Notes under the pieces: model-generated
What the model was told of the DNA's origin: nothing
Seen by the model: the letters and a program-made list of their open reading frames with translations, nothing else
Database searches by the model: none
Program-made: the position numbers and the translations under genes
Virus record (IMG/VR): IMGVR_UViG_3300032770_000002
Span: 166,254 to 230,253 of that record
Length of the DNA: 64,000 nucleotides
Strand: one strand, 5' to 3'
Shown here: positions 54,869-64,000 of the stretch, piece after piece
Layout: each line of letters opens with the position of its first letter
Numbering within the stretch: position 1 is the stretch's first letter

Positions 54869-55831
54869 ATGAGAACACCGCGGCCGCCATCGCCTTTGCC
54901 TTGTTTTGGACTTTGGACCGAAAGTCTTCAGCCTTGTGTCGTGTGCCCGCACCGTCCGGCGTGTCAGAACTCAAATCAAGCTAGAAAACAACGCGTCCCG
55001 ATTGAAAGCGTCCAAGTCGAACTGGCGCCAAAAAAGCTGGCTGAGGACGTGGCCGTTAAGGAAAGCTTGGACCAGCTGTATGACTTGACCCACGTCATCG
55101 TCTATGACCGGCCAGCGAAAGATAAGATCTCACGCATTGACGACTATGAAACGCGTTACGATGAGATCTGCGACCAGCTTGGGTGCTCACGCCAGCTGTT
55201 CATGCTCGCGGTCATGACCAGTGCTTTTGCCGCTGACAAGGACCAGGTATTTTGGGCGAACATGCTGTTCGGGCCAAGTGCAATTTCACGCTACGAGCAA
55301 TACAAGGAGATGTGCCGGGTTAAGTTTGGCCAATTTGACTTGACGTCCATCGAACTGACTCGGCCGTCAGCTTCCCGTGGCCGATTTTTGAGCAGTGAGC
55401 AGATCTTCGGTGATTTCGTCATTGACGCCATCATCAACAAGGAGAATGAGATTTCATTTTGGAACCTTTACAGGTTTCGCGAGCTGGCTTTTGACCCGTT
55501 TTGGCTGGCCATTGAGGACAGTTATTTGGACACCGTTCTCAAGCCGCACTTGAATGGTCTGATTGAAAAGACCGGTGAGACGAGCCACTTCCGGTCCAAC
55601 GTCGCTCAAGCTAGGCGGGCGCTTTTAAAACACAAGGCCCACGCACTGACAGTGTTTAAACTTCGTGGTCTCGTTCTTAAGGACGCGATGCGGCTCGTTC
55701 TTCATCGCTATCGCTTGAATGAACACGATTTTCTCTTCGAGCCGCAATTCACGGATGCCGTTCATTTTTGGACATCTTTAGGTTTGGCCATTCGGCGCGT
55801 TGAGTTGCTGCGCCTGCTTGGCGACTTATGA
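54869..55831 (+). CDS. hypothetical protein with N-terminal Cys cluster
   Basis: PCFG..PCVVCPHRPAC; lies between the polymerase and the helicase. Confidence 0.65.
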   Translation: MRTPRPPSPLPCFGLWTESLQPCVVCPHRPACQNSNQARKQRVPIESVQVELAPKKLAEDVAVKESLDQLYDLTHVIVYDRPAKDKISRIDDYETRYDEICDQLGCSRQLFMLAVMTSAFAADKDQVFWANMLFGPSAISRYEQYKEMCRVKFGQFDLTSIELTRPSASRGRFLSSEQIFGDFVIDAIINKENEISFWNLYRFRELAFDPFWLAIEDSYLDTVLKPHLNGLIEKTGETSHFRSNVAQARRALLKHKAHALTVFKLRGLVLKDAMRLVLHRYRLNEHDFLFEPQFTDAVHFWTSLGLAIRRVELLRLLGDL

Positions 55832-55846
55832 TCGAAAGAGCTTTGA

Positions 55847-57259
55847 ATGCCTGAAGTTTCAGACCAATCCTTTAATTTTTCGCCAGAATTTCAAGACTTA
55901 ATCCTGTCTTGCATTGTCAAGGAACACCAGGAGTTTGGCTTTCTCACGATCAACCTTTCAGCGCGCCACTTTACCGGGTTGCAAGCGTCGGTCATCGCGA
56001 AGGTCATGCTTGAATATATTGGCATCTACACCACGCCGCCGTCTTTTCCGATGCTCTATGAGCTCTCCAGATCGGAGGCCGTCCGCCACGGGATGGACAA
56101 GACCCAGCTCTCGGACTACGTCAAGAAGCTTGAGGACATGGACACGACGCGGCACTGGCGCAAGGTCAAGGACAAGGTGGCCAACTTCATCAAGGAGCGT
56201 GAGATCATCGCGACGCACCGTCGGTCACTTGAGTCCATGCGTGAGGGAACGCCTTTTGACTACGTGACGGAGTTCACCAAGGCTGTCAACGTCTGCAATG
56301 ACTTGAATGAGATGGGGCTTCTGTTCGACCCAACGGACACGGCCAAGACGATCAGGAAGGTGACGTCACGCGGCTACGGCGTCAGGTGCGGGTATCCGCT
56401 GATTGACAACCACTTCCCATGGGGCTTTATGCCAGGTGAGCTCATTGTCCCATTGGCCCCACCCAAGTCCTGCAAAACGACCTTGTGTTTGAATTTTGCA
56501 TTCAACATGGTTTCGCCAGCCGTTGACGTTGACGTGCTCTATTACACCTGCGAGATCAGCCAAGAGATTGCGTTGCTTCGCCAGGCCTGTCGATTGGCCC
56601 GCCTTCCACTGGCGTCAATCTTTCAGAATCCGGACCTTTTCATCGAGCAGTTCAACCAGGCTTTTGCGACAATCGGGTTTCGTTCACGGCTTTTGTTTAA
56701 GGGCTTTGCGTCCAACACGGCCACGATTTCAGACATTCAAAATCACGCGCTGGCCATCAAGGCCATGGGGCTGGAACCGAAGGCCATCTTCATTGACTAT
56801 GCCGAGCGCGTCAAATACTCGAAGCCAGTCGGTGAAGCGAAAGACCACCGGTTGTCGGCTAACATCTTCAGTGAGGCTAGAGCGTTCGGAACAAACCTCG
56901 AGTGCCCAGTCTTCATGCCTGAACGCTGCAACGCGGAGACCGTGTCAAAAGCTGTCCCGAACATGACGTCATTCCAAGGGTCTTTCGAAAAAGGAGGCAT
57001 TGTCGACTACGCGTTTGGAATTTGCATGACGGAGCAGGAGAAGTTGAACAACATCTTTCGCCTGTTCTTTTTCCTGGCCCGCAATCAAAAGTCGATGCAG
57101 TATTTTCGAGGCACGCTTGACCTTGAGACATACCGAATGGAGGTGAATGAGGAGATCGAGTATGCCCCGGATCCTGACGATCATGTGGCCGTTAGAGCGC
57201 GCCAAAGCAGGACGCGGAACAGCGGCGACCACGCTTTGCCAACGGAGCTTCAAGAATGA
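55847..57259 (+). CDS. DnaB/T4 gp41-like replicative helicase
   Basis: GFMPGELIVPLAPPKSCKT, YYTCEIS, IFIDYA, ARN. Confidence 0.8.
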   Translation: MPEVSDQSFNFSPEFQDLILSCIVKEHQEFGFLTINLSARHFTGLQASVIAKVMLEYIGIYTTPPSFPMLYELSRSEAVRHGMDKTQLSDYVKKLEDMDTTRHWRKVKDKVANFIKEREIIATHRRSLESMREGTPFDYVTEFTKAVNVCNDLNEMGLLFDPTDTAKTIRKVTSRGYGVRCGYPLIDNHFPWGFMPGELIVPLAPPKSCKTTLCLNFAFNMVSPAVDVDVLYYTCEISQEIALLRQACRLARLPLASIFQNPDLFIEQFNQAFATIGFRSRLLFKGFASNTATISDIQNHALAIKAMGLEPKAIFIDYAERVKYSKPVGEAKDHRLSANIFSEARAFGTNLECPVFMPERCNAETVSKAVPNMTSFQGSFEKGGIVDYAFGICMTEQEKLNNIFRLFFFLARNQKSMQYFRGTLDLETYRMEVNEEIEYAPDPDDHVAVRARQSRTRNSGDHALPTELQE

Positions 57260-57474
57260 ACGTTCGACTGTGGTTTGTCAGAGACAATCCCGGCGGTTTG
57301 TCGAGGATTTATTCACGCATTCCGAGTTCACGAAATCCGGATGACTTTGACATGATTCTCATTCCACGAAGTCAAATTGAACGCTGTCAAAAGTGGCCAG
57401 TCAAGGAGGGTGAAAGGTGGCCTGAGCACCACATTACTATTCCGGACTGGCTTGCCCAAAAGAAGGGCCTGTAA
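57256..57474 (+). CDS. hypothetical protein
   Basis: IPRSQI...ITIPDWLAQKKGL motif. Confidence 0.65.
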   Translation: MNVRLWFVRDNPGGLSRIYSRIPSSRNPDDFDMILIPRSQIERCQKWPVKEGERWPEHHITIPDWLAQKKGL

Positions 57475-57491
57475 ATTTTTTCAATTTTTTG

Positions 57492-57520
57492 TTTACAACT
57501 TCGGTTCGTTGTGGTATATT
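57492..57520 (+). promoter_or_regulatory. class 1 promoter
   Basis: TTTACA-N17-TATATT; ATG at 57534. Confidence 0.85.
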
Positions 57521-57533
57521 CATCCCAGAGTTT

Positions 57534-58634
57534 ATGCCAAACGTTGATGAGAAACTGACATTCGGGATTGAGTTGGAAGGCGTGCGAGCCTCCTCTGAAT
57601 CGCAGGTCTTGGCCCAAATGTGGAACTTCACAAAGCGTTACGATCACTCCATCACTGACGACCACGGGCAACCGCTTCCTCGGACACTTGAAGAGGGCGG
57701 CGGCTTTGAATACATCACGCCTGTGCTGAGCGTCGATGTTCGCATGACCAACGCCGGTGAGCGATTGGCCATCAACTGGGGCACTTCACTGAATGCCATC
57801 CGCGACCTCTGTTTATGCGTCGCTCACGTCAACAAGTCGTGCGGCGTTCACATTCACCTCGGCCGCCCGGCAAGTGACAGCGTGACCCACTCGAAGTGGG
57901 AGCCAGAGCGAGTTCGGACCATGCTGACAGTCGGCATGCTCCTGGAGCCCAAGATTTTTGACGTCGTTCCTGAAAGCCGCCGTGGAAATCACCACTCGAA
58001 CTTCATTCGTTCACGATACTCCTCTGACGACATCTGCCAATTTTATCCGACTGGAAATGTGGTCGCCAGAAAGTTCGATAATCCCAAGCGGTATTGCTGG
58101 ATGAACCTCATTGAGACTCGGCGAGTGGGCAACGACACGCGTCCAGGGCGTGGTTCATCGACGGCTCTTGGAACGATCGAAATCCGGGCTCTTGGCAACA
58201 CAGCGTCTTACGACTACATCAGCGCTTGGACAGTCCTGTGGATGAAGATTGCAGCTTTCGTGGCCTACTTGCCATCATCGCTGGCCATGATGCGGTGCGT
58301 GTTTTCCGAAGAGCTTGCGTCGGACTTTGCGACACTGGCCAAGCTCAAGTCGACGGTCGACGAGAGCGTGGTGCTGCCGGCTGAACCGCCATCGCCGGCT
58401 CTGCCTCAGTTGACTCCTCAGCCAGCACCGCCGCGGCCACATCGACCGCTTCGTCGCCCGCTGAATGTGCTGGCCGAGCGTGAAGCTCGAAGAGAGCGCG
58501 CTCCACGTGAAGCTCGACAAGCTGGCATCCCGTCGCATGACGCAATTTTACGTGGGGCTGAACGGCTTGCTGAACCACAGACGCCTCAAATCCCGGCTGA
58601 AAATGACGGTCCGGTCGAGGAAAATCGTGACTGA
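57534..58634 (+). CDS. putative amidoligase 3
   Basis: FGIELEG, YDHSI, GFEYITP, SCGVHIHLG, RYCWMN, TIEIR; Pro-rich tail. Confidence 0.82.
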   Translation: MPNVDEKLTFGIELEGVRASSESQVLAQMWNFTKRYDHSITDDHGQPLPRTLEEGGGFEYITPVLSVDVRMTNAGERLAINWGTSLNAIRDLCLCVAHVNKSCGVHIHLGRPASDSVTHSKWEPERVRTMLTVGMLLEPKIFDVVPESRRGNHHSNFIRSRYSSDDICQFYPTGNVVARKFDNPKRYCWMNLIETRRVGNDTRPGRGSSTALGTIEIRALGNTASYDYISAWTVLWMKIAAFVAYLPSSLAMMRCVFSEELASDFATLAKLKSTVDESVVLPAEPPSPALPQLTPQPAPPRPHRPLRRPLNVLAEREARRERAPREARQAGIPSHDAILRGAERLAEPQTPQIPAENDGPVEENRD

Positions 58635-58644
58635 CGTTTAATTG

Positions 58645-58672
58645 TTTACAAATCGCAGAAACGTGATATATT
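58645..58672 (+). promoter_or_regulatory. class 1 promoter
   Basis: TTTACA-N16-TATATT; ATG at 58683. Confidence 0.85.
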
Positions 58673-58682
58673 AAGGACAAGT

Positions 58683-59645
58683 ATGTGTGCCATCATCTCC
58701 TGGAAAGGAAAACTTCCAAAAGGCCTGCTGACTCAGTTGCTTCTCAAGTCTGAGCGGCGTGGGCGTGACTCGACTGGCGTTGCATTTCGCTTGGCGTCAA
58801 GCACGGTGTCATATCGTCAGGCAGTTCCGGCCAATGAATTTGTCAGCGACCCTGAAAACAACAAGTTTTTGGGTGACGCTCGTCGGGCCATGAGCGGCAT
58901 TGCTCACACTCGTCGCGCCAGTCCTGGCATGCCAATTGACAACAGGAACGCACACCCGTTCCTTTATTGGCGGTATTTCTTTGCGCACAATGGCAAGATC
59001 CAAAACTGGAAGTCGTTGCAACAGCGCTTGATCGACCACTACTCTCAGGTGGCCAATTCCGCGACTGACGATGAGAGCAGGAAAAGCGCCGAGTGGTGTG
59101 TTCACTATTGCCGAAACATTCAGACCGATTCGAAGGTCCTTGGTCCATACATCCACACTGAGAACTTTTCACTGATCGAAGGGTGCATGGCCTTGGTGTG
59201 GCTTAAGGGCGACGAAGCCTTTACGCTGCGCATGGCCAAAGAGGCCACGGCCACGTCAGTCATTTGGCGATACATCGTTCCGCCGAAGGACGAGGAAATT
59301 GAGGACCACATGGTGACGATTGTCGGGTCAACTCACGAGATCATCGATGACTCGCTCAAGTCGCTGTCGAAGGTCATTGAGTATGACCGTGGCTCATTCA
59401 ACGACTTTCCTGAAGGGATCATTTACAAGATCGAGGCCAATGGCCTGAAGGAGCACAAGCGCCTTGACCAAAAGCCCGTCGCAATGGAGGACCAGTTTAC
59501 GTCCGAGGAAGTCAAGGACGAGACGCCCATTCAAGAGAATATCGGGTCGACTCCAGCTACTGGAGAACCTGGCGAGCCGCCGTCACCCAACTTTGAGTCG
59601 GCCCCGGCGCCTGAGTCAGCGACCACGACCACGAATCCTGTCTAA
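58683..59645 (+). CDS. class II (Ntn) glutamine amidotransferase
   Basis: N-terminal MC, RGRDSTG, HTRRAS, NAHPF, AHNGKI, TDS. Confidence 0.88.
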   Translation: MCAIISWKGKLPKGLLTQLLLKSERRGRDSTGVAFRLASSTVSYRQAVPANEFVSDPENNKFLGDARRAMSGIAHTRRASPGMPIDNRNAHPFLYWRYFFAHNGKIQNWKSLQQRLIDHYSQVANSATDDESRKSAEWCVHYCRNIQTDSKVLGPYIHTENFSLIEGCMALVWLKGDEAFTLRMAKEATATSVIWRYIVPPKDEEIEDHMVTIVGSTHEIIDDSLKSLSKVIEYDRGSFNDFPEGIIYKIEANGLKEHKRLDQKPVAMEDQFTSEEVKDETPIQENIGSTPATGEPGEPPSPNFESAPAPESATTTTNPV

Positions 59646-59647
59646 CC

Positions 59648-60184
59648 GTGTCAATCTGCCTTTCATGTTACAAGCCCATTGAGCAGGAGAAGGTCGCCGT
59701 TCTCCCTGACGCTCGATACTGCATGAAGTGCGCTCACGCGATGATGGTCGCACCCTCAAAGAGGAAGAAGAGCAATAACGGCAATGGCCACATCTCCATG
59801 GTGCCGACCCAAATGCCGACTCAGCTGCTTCTTCCTGATTCTTCGACGGTCTTGACGACGGACGCCCCAAAGGTCGTCTACGTCAAGCGTCCGTCCGTTT
59901 TGAAGGAGGAGGTTTTTGACGATGGCAAGTGCTCAACGTCGATGATGAAACGTCATCGCAAGCGAAAATCATCGCCGAGTGCTTGGCGTTATTCAAATGG
60001 CGGTGAGGCTAAAGTCGGTGACATCGTTGGACAAAGTGACGACTGTCCATCATGGGTCGTTGTTGAAGTTGACGCCAACGTGATCCACTGCCGGCGAGCT
60101 GGAGAAAGCAAGGGAACGGCCTCATTCTACATTCGCATGATGGAGCTGTTCTTCAGAGAATCGGAACTCTCAGTCGATGAATGA
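59648..60184 (+). CDS. protein with N-terminal DksA/TraR-type C4 zinc finger
   Basis: CLSCYKPIEQEKVAVLPDARYCMKC. Confidence 0.6.
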   Translation: MSICLSCYKPIEQEKVAVLPDARYCMKCAHAMMVAPSKRKKSNNGNGHISMVPTQMPTQLLLPDSSTVLTTDAPKVVYVKRPSVLKEEVFDDGKCSTSMMKRHRKRKSSPSAWRYSNGGEAKVGDIVGQSDDCPSWVVVEVDANVIHCRRAGESKGTASFYIRMMELFFRESELSVDE

Positions 60185-60548
60185 ACCACAATACATCCTG
60201 CCGGAATATCGCGAGCTCTTTAAGCGGCTGCGACCGGAAGACCTTCAATTCCCTGAGTGGCTTCAACGCAAGCTGCAGTCAAGTTTTTGCTACAGCCAGT
60301 GGGGCCCGCACTTGAGGGCTGCCGTCGTGGCCTGCCTTCAGGAGTCGGTTGTCCGGACGGACGATGACTTCGTCATTGAACTGGCCCTTCGATTCGAGAA
60401 TGAAGCCAACGCACGCCGCGACCTGGTGCGGGTCTTGGCCAAGATCGCCGAGAAGAAGGCCATCCCGTTTGACGAGTTCGTCAACGTCCAGTTTGACCAC
60501 ACTTCGCCCATGGCCAATTTGACGCCGCACCCGCTTGACGATATTTAA
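60177..60548 (+). CDS. hypothetical protein
   Basis: 123-aa ORF. Confidence 0.55.
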   Translation: MNEPQYILPEYRELFKRLRPEDLQFPEWLQRKLQSSFCYSQWGPHLRAAVVACLQESVVRTDDDFVIELALRFENEANARRDLVRVLAKIAEKKAIPFDEFVNVQFDHTSPMANLTPHPLDDI

Positions 60549-60573
60549 GCGTCTGGCAAGCTGAAAATTTTTG

Positions 60574-60602
60574 TTTACAAACCACGGTAAGCGTGGTATA
60601 TT
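60574..60602 (+). promoter_or_regulatory. class 1 promoter, leaderless
   Basis: TTTACA-N17-TATATT, then acctac-ATG (60609). Confidence 0.85.
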
Positions 60603-60608
60603 ACCTAC

Positions 60609-62729
60609 ATGAATGACACGATCTCCATCTCTGACAGAATCAAAGAGCTGCGTCAAATCATCCACACGCACAACCACAATTACTTCATTCTCAACAAGCC
60701 GACAATCCCTGACGAGACGTTCGACCAGATATTCCGCGAGCTTCTTGAGCTTGAAAGAGCGCACCCTGAATTTGCCGACCCAAACAGCCCGACAGTGCGG
60801 GTTGGGTGTGACCTCGTCAACGACTTCTCAAAGGTCCAGCACGTTCGGCCGATGCAAAGCCTGGCCAAGTCGTTCACGACCGAAGAGACCGTCGGATTTT
60901 TCGTCTCGGCTCTTGGCGAAAGCTTTGACACCGACGTCGAGGTCGTTGTTGAGCCAAAAATTGACGGCCTGTCCCTGTCACTTCACTATGAGAATGGCAA
61001 GCTGGTCCAAGCCGTGACGCGTGGTGACGGAGCTGTCGGCGATGACGTCACGGCAAATGCTCGAACGATCGTGTCGGTCCCTATCGACGTTGTCCCGGAC
61101 GCCAAGGTGCGAAGCACAAACCTCACGTTTGAAGTTCGTGGTGAGGTTTACATGAGCCGGCAAACCTTGAATGAGCTCAACGCCGAACGGGCCGAAAACA
61201 ACCTTGAACCCTTTGCCAACCCACGCAATGCGGCCGCTGGAACCATGAAGCTGAAGGACTCGCGTGAAGTGGCTCGCCGGCACCTTAAGTTCGTGGCTTA
61301 TCAGGCCTTTGGCTTGGACGTCGAGTCACACGCGGCCATGATCGGCATGCTCAACCTTCTTGGCTTTACCACGCCGAACACCCACGTTTATTCCTGCAAG
61401 TTGGACGCTGATGAGGTCGACGCGATCATCGAAAAAATCAGCAAGGAACGCAATGATTACCCTTACGACATCGATGGCGTCGTTTTCAAGATCGCCTCAA
61501 TTCCACTGCGAACTGAACTGGGCCTGGCCACGTCGACACCACGTTGGGCCGTGGCCTACAAGTTTCCGGCTGAGCGCAAAGCGACAAAGCTTCTTGGCAT
61601 TGAACTGACCGTTGGTCGCACGGGCCAAATCACGCCAAACGCTCGCATCGAGCCGGTCCAATTGGCCGGAACGACGGTTAAAAACGCCAGCTTGAGCAAC
61701 ATCGATGAGATCGTCAGGATGCGAATCAATGTGGGTGACAGGGTCATCATCCAAAAGGCGGGCGAAATTATCCCACAGGTTGTCGGCGTTGAATTTGGCC
61801 GATTTTGCTTCATCGAGGGCGTGCTCGACAGCGAAGCCACTGGCGGCCTTGACGCCGATGCTCCGGCAGCCGCTGAAAAGACCGTCGCCGATTTCAGCCA
61901 GAAGCCCGTCTGGCCAATGCCTGAAACCTGCCCAAGTTGCAACGAGCCATTGCACCGAGACGGCGTCCACTACTTCTGCGTCAATGCGCGCTGCAAGGAA
62001 CGCCTTGTCCAGGGCCTAATCTATTCCCTTGGAAAAGGGTGCCTTGACATGAATGGGTCTGGTGAGGCGACTTGCCGAGCCCTCGTGGACAATGGCCGGT
62101 TGACGCTCCTGGACGTTTTTAAGATGTCCAAAACTGAAGTCTGCAGTCTATTCACAGGGTCGGCCGCAAGTAAGTTCATGCGCGAACGGGAGCGCATCAA
62201 GACGGCTCCGCTCTGGCGTAAGCTGAAGGCGCTAGGCATCAATGGACTTGGGTCAACTAACGCCAAGGCCTTGGCTCAGAAGTGGAGCAACATTGCCGAC
62301 ATCGTCGACCACATGCCGGAGCTTGCTTCTGTCATTGGCACGGTCAACGCGGGTGAATTTTCCAAGTATGTTGAGGAAAACCAAGACTACCTCATTCAGC
62401 TTCAAGAGGTTGGTCTTGTCTTTGCTGAAGAGCGCCACGACGGTCCGCTTTCTGGGAAGGTCTTCGTGATCACCGGCGCGCTGCAATCTGGATCGCGCGA
62501 ACAAGTTGTTTCGCGAATTGAAGCGGCGGGCGGCATCGTCAAAGACTCAGTGGGTCGAAAGGTCAATTACCTCATTGCTGGTGAAGGCGGCGGTCGGAAG
62601 CGTCAAGACGCCGCGAAGCACAATGTGCCAGTCATTTCCGAGGAAGACCTCTACAAAATGCTTGGCCAGGAGATGCCGACCGGAACCGGCCACGGCAAAG
62701 CCAACGAGTTCGAGTTTCAACAACCCTAA
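60609..62729 (+). CDS. ligA: NAD-dependent DNA ligase
   Basis: EPKIDGLS, TRGDG, EVRGEVY, ANPRNAAAG, DGVVFK, AYKFP, C4 zinc finger, HhH, BRCT (FVITG). Confidence 0.95.
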   Translation: MNDTISISDRIKELRQIIHTHNHNYFILNKPTIPDETFDQIFRELLELERAHPEFADPNSPTVRVGCDLVNDFSKVQHVRPMQSLAKSFTTEETVGFFVSALGESFDTDVEVVVEPKIDGLSLSLHYENGKLVQAVTRGDGAVGDDVTANARTIVSVPIDVVPDAKVRSTNLTFEVRGEVYMSRQTLNELNAERAENNLEPFANPRNAAAGTMKLKDSREVARRHLKFVAYQAFGLDVESHAAMIGMLNLLGFTTPNTHVYSCKLDADEVDAIIEKISKERNDYPYDIDGVVFKIASIPLRTELGLATSTPRWAVAYKFPAERKATKLLGIELTVGRTGQITPNARIEPVQLAGTTVKNASLSNIDEIVRMRINVGDRVIIQKAGEIIPQVVGVEFGRFCFIEGVLDSEATGGLDADAPAAAEKTVADFSQKPVWPMPETCPSCNEPLHRDGVHYFCVNARCKERLVQGLIYSLGKGCLDMNGSGEATCRALVDNGRLTLLDVFKMSKTEVCSLFTGSAASKFMRERERIKTAPLWRKLKALGINGLGSTNAKALAQKWSNIADIVDHMPELASVIGTVNAGEFSKYVEENQDYLIQLQEVGLVFAEERHDGPLSGKVFVITGALQSGSREQVVSRIEAAGGIVKDSVGRKVNYLIAGEGGGRKRQDAAKHNVPVISEEDLYKMLGQEMPTGTGHGKANEFEFQQP

Positions 62730-63181
62730 TGTCCACGTTCGTTACAATCAAGGTTCAGGACACGATTCAGGTCGATGAGTTCGAGGCAAGGCTGACGTGT
62801 GGCGTTGATGGCTTTCACGTGTGGGACTTCTTTGCGCCAAAACTGTCAAACAGTCTGCGGCACAAGGTTGGCCAAGTTGTGCTGACGCGTGAAATTGGCT
62901 CAGACATGTGGACCGTGGCCAACTTGTTTCTTCGTGACTCGATTACAAACAAGCACGCCAAGTTTGTTGGGTTGAAGTCTGAGGCGATTGACGTCAACAT
63001 TCGTGGGCGCGGCATCATGCGCCGCTTTCTGATGATGATCTTGCCACGTTACGGCAAGATCTGTGCCGATCGGTCTGGGACGTGGTCAGATGACGCGATT
63101 AAGATGTGGAAGGCCATCGGGGCCAAGCGGCTTAAAACTAAGGAGTGCCCTAAAGGATTCGTTTATGTCATCGAAGTCTAA
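62729..63181 (+). CDS. GNAT acetyltransferase-like protein
   Basis: IRGRGIMRR acetyl-CoA motif; SDDAIKMWKAIG. Confidence 0.55.
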   Translation: MSTFVTIKVQDTIQVDEFEARLTCGVDGFHVWDFFAPKLSNSLRHKVGQVVLTREIGSDMWTVANLFLRDSITNKHAKFVGLKSEAIDVNIRGRGIMRRFLMMILPRYGKICADRSGTWSDDAIKMWKAIGAKRLKTKECPKGFVYVIEV

Positions 63182-63377
63182 TAAAGTCGTGCGAATCGTC
63201 AAAGGAACGCTTGGGATTTTAATCATCATCGGTTTCTTTGTCCCCAAGTTGTTGGAGATCTACCGTGATGAAGGAGGCTTGTCAGCTGTGTTTCTCAATG
63301 TCGGAATTTTTGGCGCGTTATTAGCCCTGCTTTTGTTAGCCATGTGGCTGATAGTAAGCTCGGTGTTCGACCACTAG
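63165..63377 (+). CDS. small two-TM membrane protein
   Basis: Two hydrophobic segments. Confidence 0.5.
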   Translation: MSSKSNKVVRIVKGTLGILIIIGFFVPKLLEIYRDEGGLSAVFLNVGIFGALLALLLLAMWLIVSSVFDH

Positions 63378-64000
63378 TCCGTGTTTCCATTTAGGATTAT
63401 ATTGCCCACCTTTAGAAGCTCGGTCTCACCCGCGACGACACTGGAACTGCTGTTCAGTGGCGTTCCAAGCGAAAGCTTGGTGACGCTGTCAACGTCTGGA
63501 GTTGCCTCGATGACGGCCGTTAAATTTGACTGCGAGATGGTGACTCCTTGGGCCGTGTCCCCGTAAAGGGTTGACCCAATCCCAAGTCCTTCAGCCCACG
63601 TTCGAATGCGTGTGCGAATTTCCTGTCGTTTTTCAGGCGTGGACAGGCCCGTGTAATTGGCGTAGACGTTGATGGTCCGCTCCGTCGTGTAGCCTTGAAT
63701 CGTGATGAGTGACAGTGTCAAGTCACCGACCACGCCGATGGTTGACAGCACGGCTTGGCCAGTCAGGAGGTTGACGTAAGACGGAAAGGCTGGGTCGCTG
63801 CTCAAAAGCTGCGTGTTGTAAAGCTGAGCTGTTCCTGGAGTGATTCCAGGCACGACGGCGATGTTTTGCCCGACGAGCGCAAGATTGAATGCCCAGGGTG
63901 CCAACGGAGCGACTGGAAGTTGAGCGGTGTAAACAGTCACGGTCTGGAGGTCAACCGTGGACAGGGCGTCGCTTTGGTAATTCTTCGTGACCGTGTATGA
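63374..64000 (-). CDS. baseplate wedge / baseplate J-like protein, C-terminal part (5' truncated)
   Basis: Frame is open to the window end; LGIGSTLY..ISQSNLTAVIEATPDVDSV..ELLKVGNI. Confidence 0.6.
   Translation of the reverse strand, partial: SYTVTKNYQSDALSTVDLQTVTVYTAQLPVAPLAPWAFNLALVGQNIAVVPGITPGTAQLYNTQLLSSDPAFPSYVNLLTGQAVLSTIGVVGDLTLSLITIQGYTTERTINVYANYTGLSTPEKRQEIRTRIRTWAEGLGIGSTLYGDTAQGVTISQSNLTAVIEATPDVDSVTKLSLGTPLNSSSSVVAGETELLKVGNIILNGNTD

Noticed and set aside
7351-60602. Recurring TTGTTTACAA as CRISPR repeats or mobile-element ends
   Set aside because: The copies are dispersed, not arrayed with spacers, and are nearly always followed at 16-17 nt by a -10 box; a promoter explains them.
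1-64000. Stop-codon reassignment (alternative genetic code)
   Set aside because: Long conserved genes (nrdJ, polA, ligA, terL) are intact in the standard code, and TAA, TAG and TGA all end genes.

Overview
This 64 kb window reads as part of a large, probably jumbo, tailed-phage genome. Coding is dense, switches strand often and shows little operon structure. Recognisable genes: terminase large subunit, T4 gp15-like tail completion protein, baseplate proteins, family A DNA polymerase with an N-terminal UDG-like domain, DnaB/gp41-like, SNF2 and DinG helicases, NAD- and ATP-type ligases, class II RNR (nrdJ), thymidylate kinase and a tubulin/FtsZ-family GTPase. Notable features: (1) a PurZ/PurZ0-like adenylosuccinate-synthetase homologue (GSEGK) together with a thymidylate-synthase homologue carrying the dCMP-type Asp, suggesting one or two non-canonical bases; (2) a sugar-tailoring cluster (radical SAM, split transketolase, methyltransferase, two glycosyltransferase-like genes); (3) three dispersed amidoligase paralogues plus a class II glutamine amidotransferase, all downstream of the same promoter type; (4) an apparent three-class, largely leaderless promoter code: about 14 TTGTTTACAA-N-TATATT sigma70-like promoters, a GTTCTN element and a TANWTA element, each a few nt before start codons; (5) a shared N-terminal motif on putative late/internal head proteins; (6) apparent avoidance of GTAC. 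I saw no tRNA, rRNA or CRISPR array. All calls come from reading motifs by eye; no database search was run.
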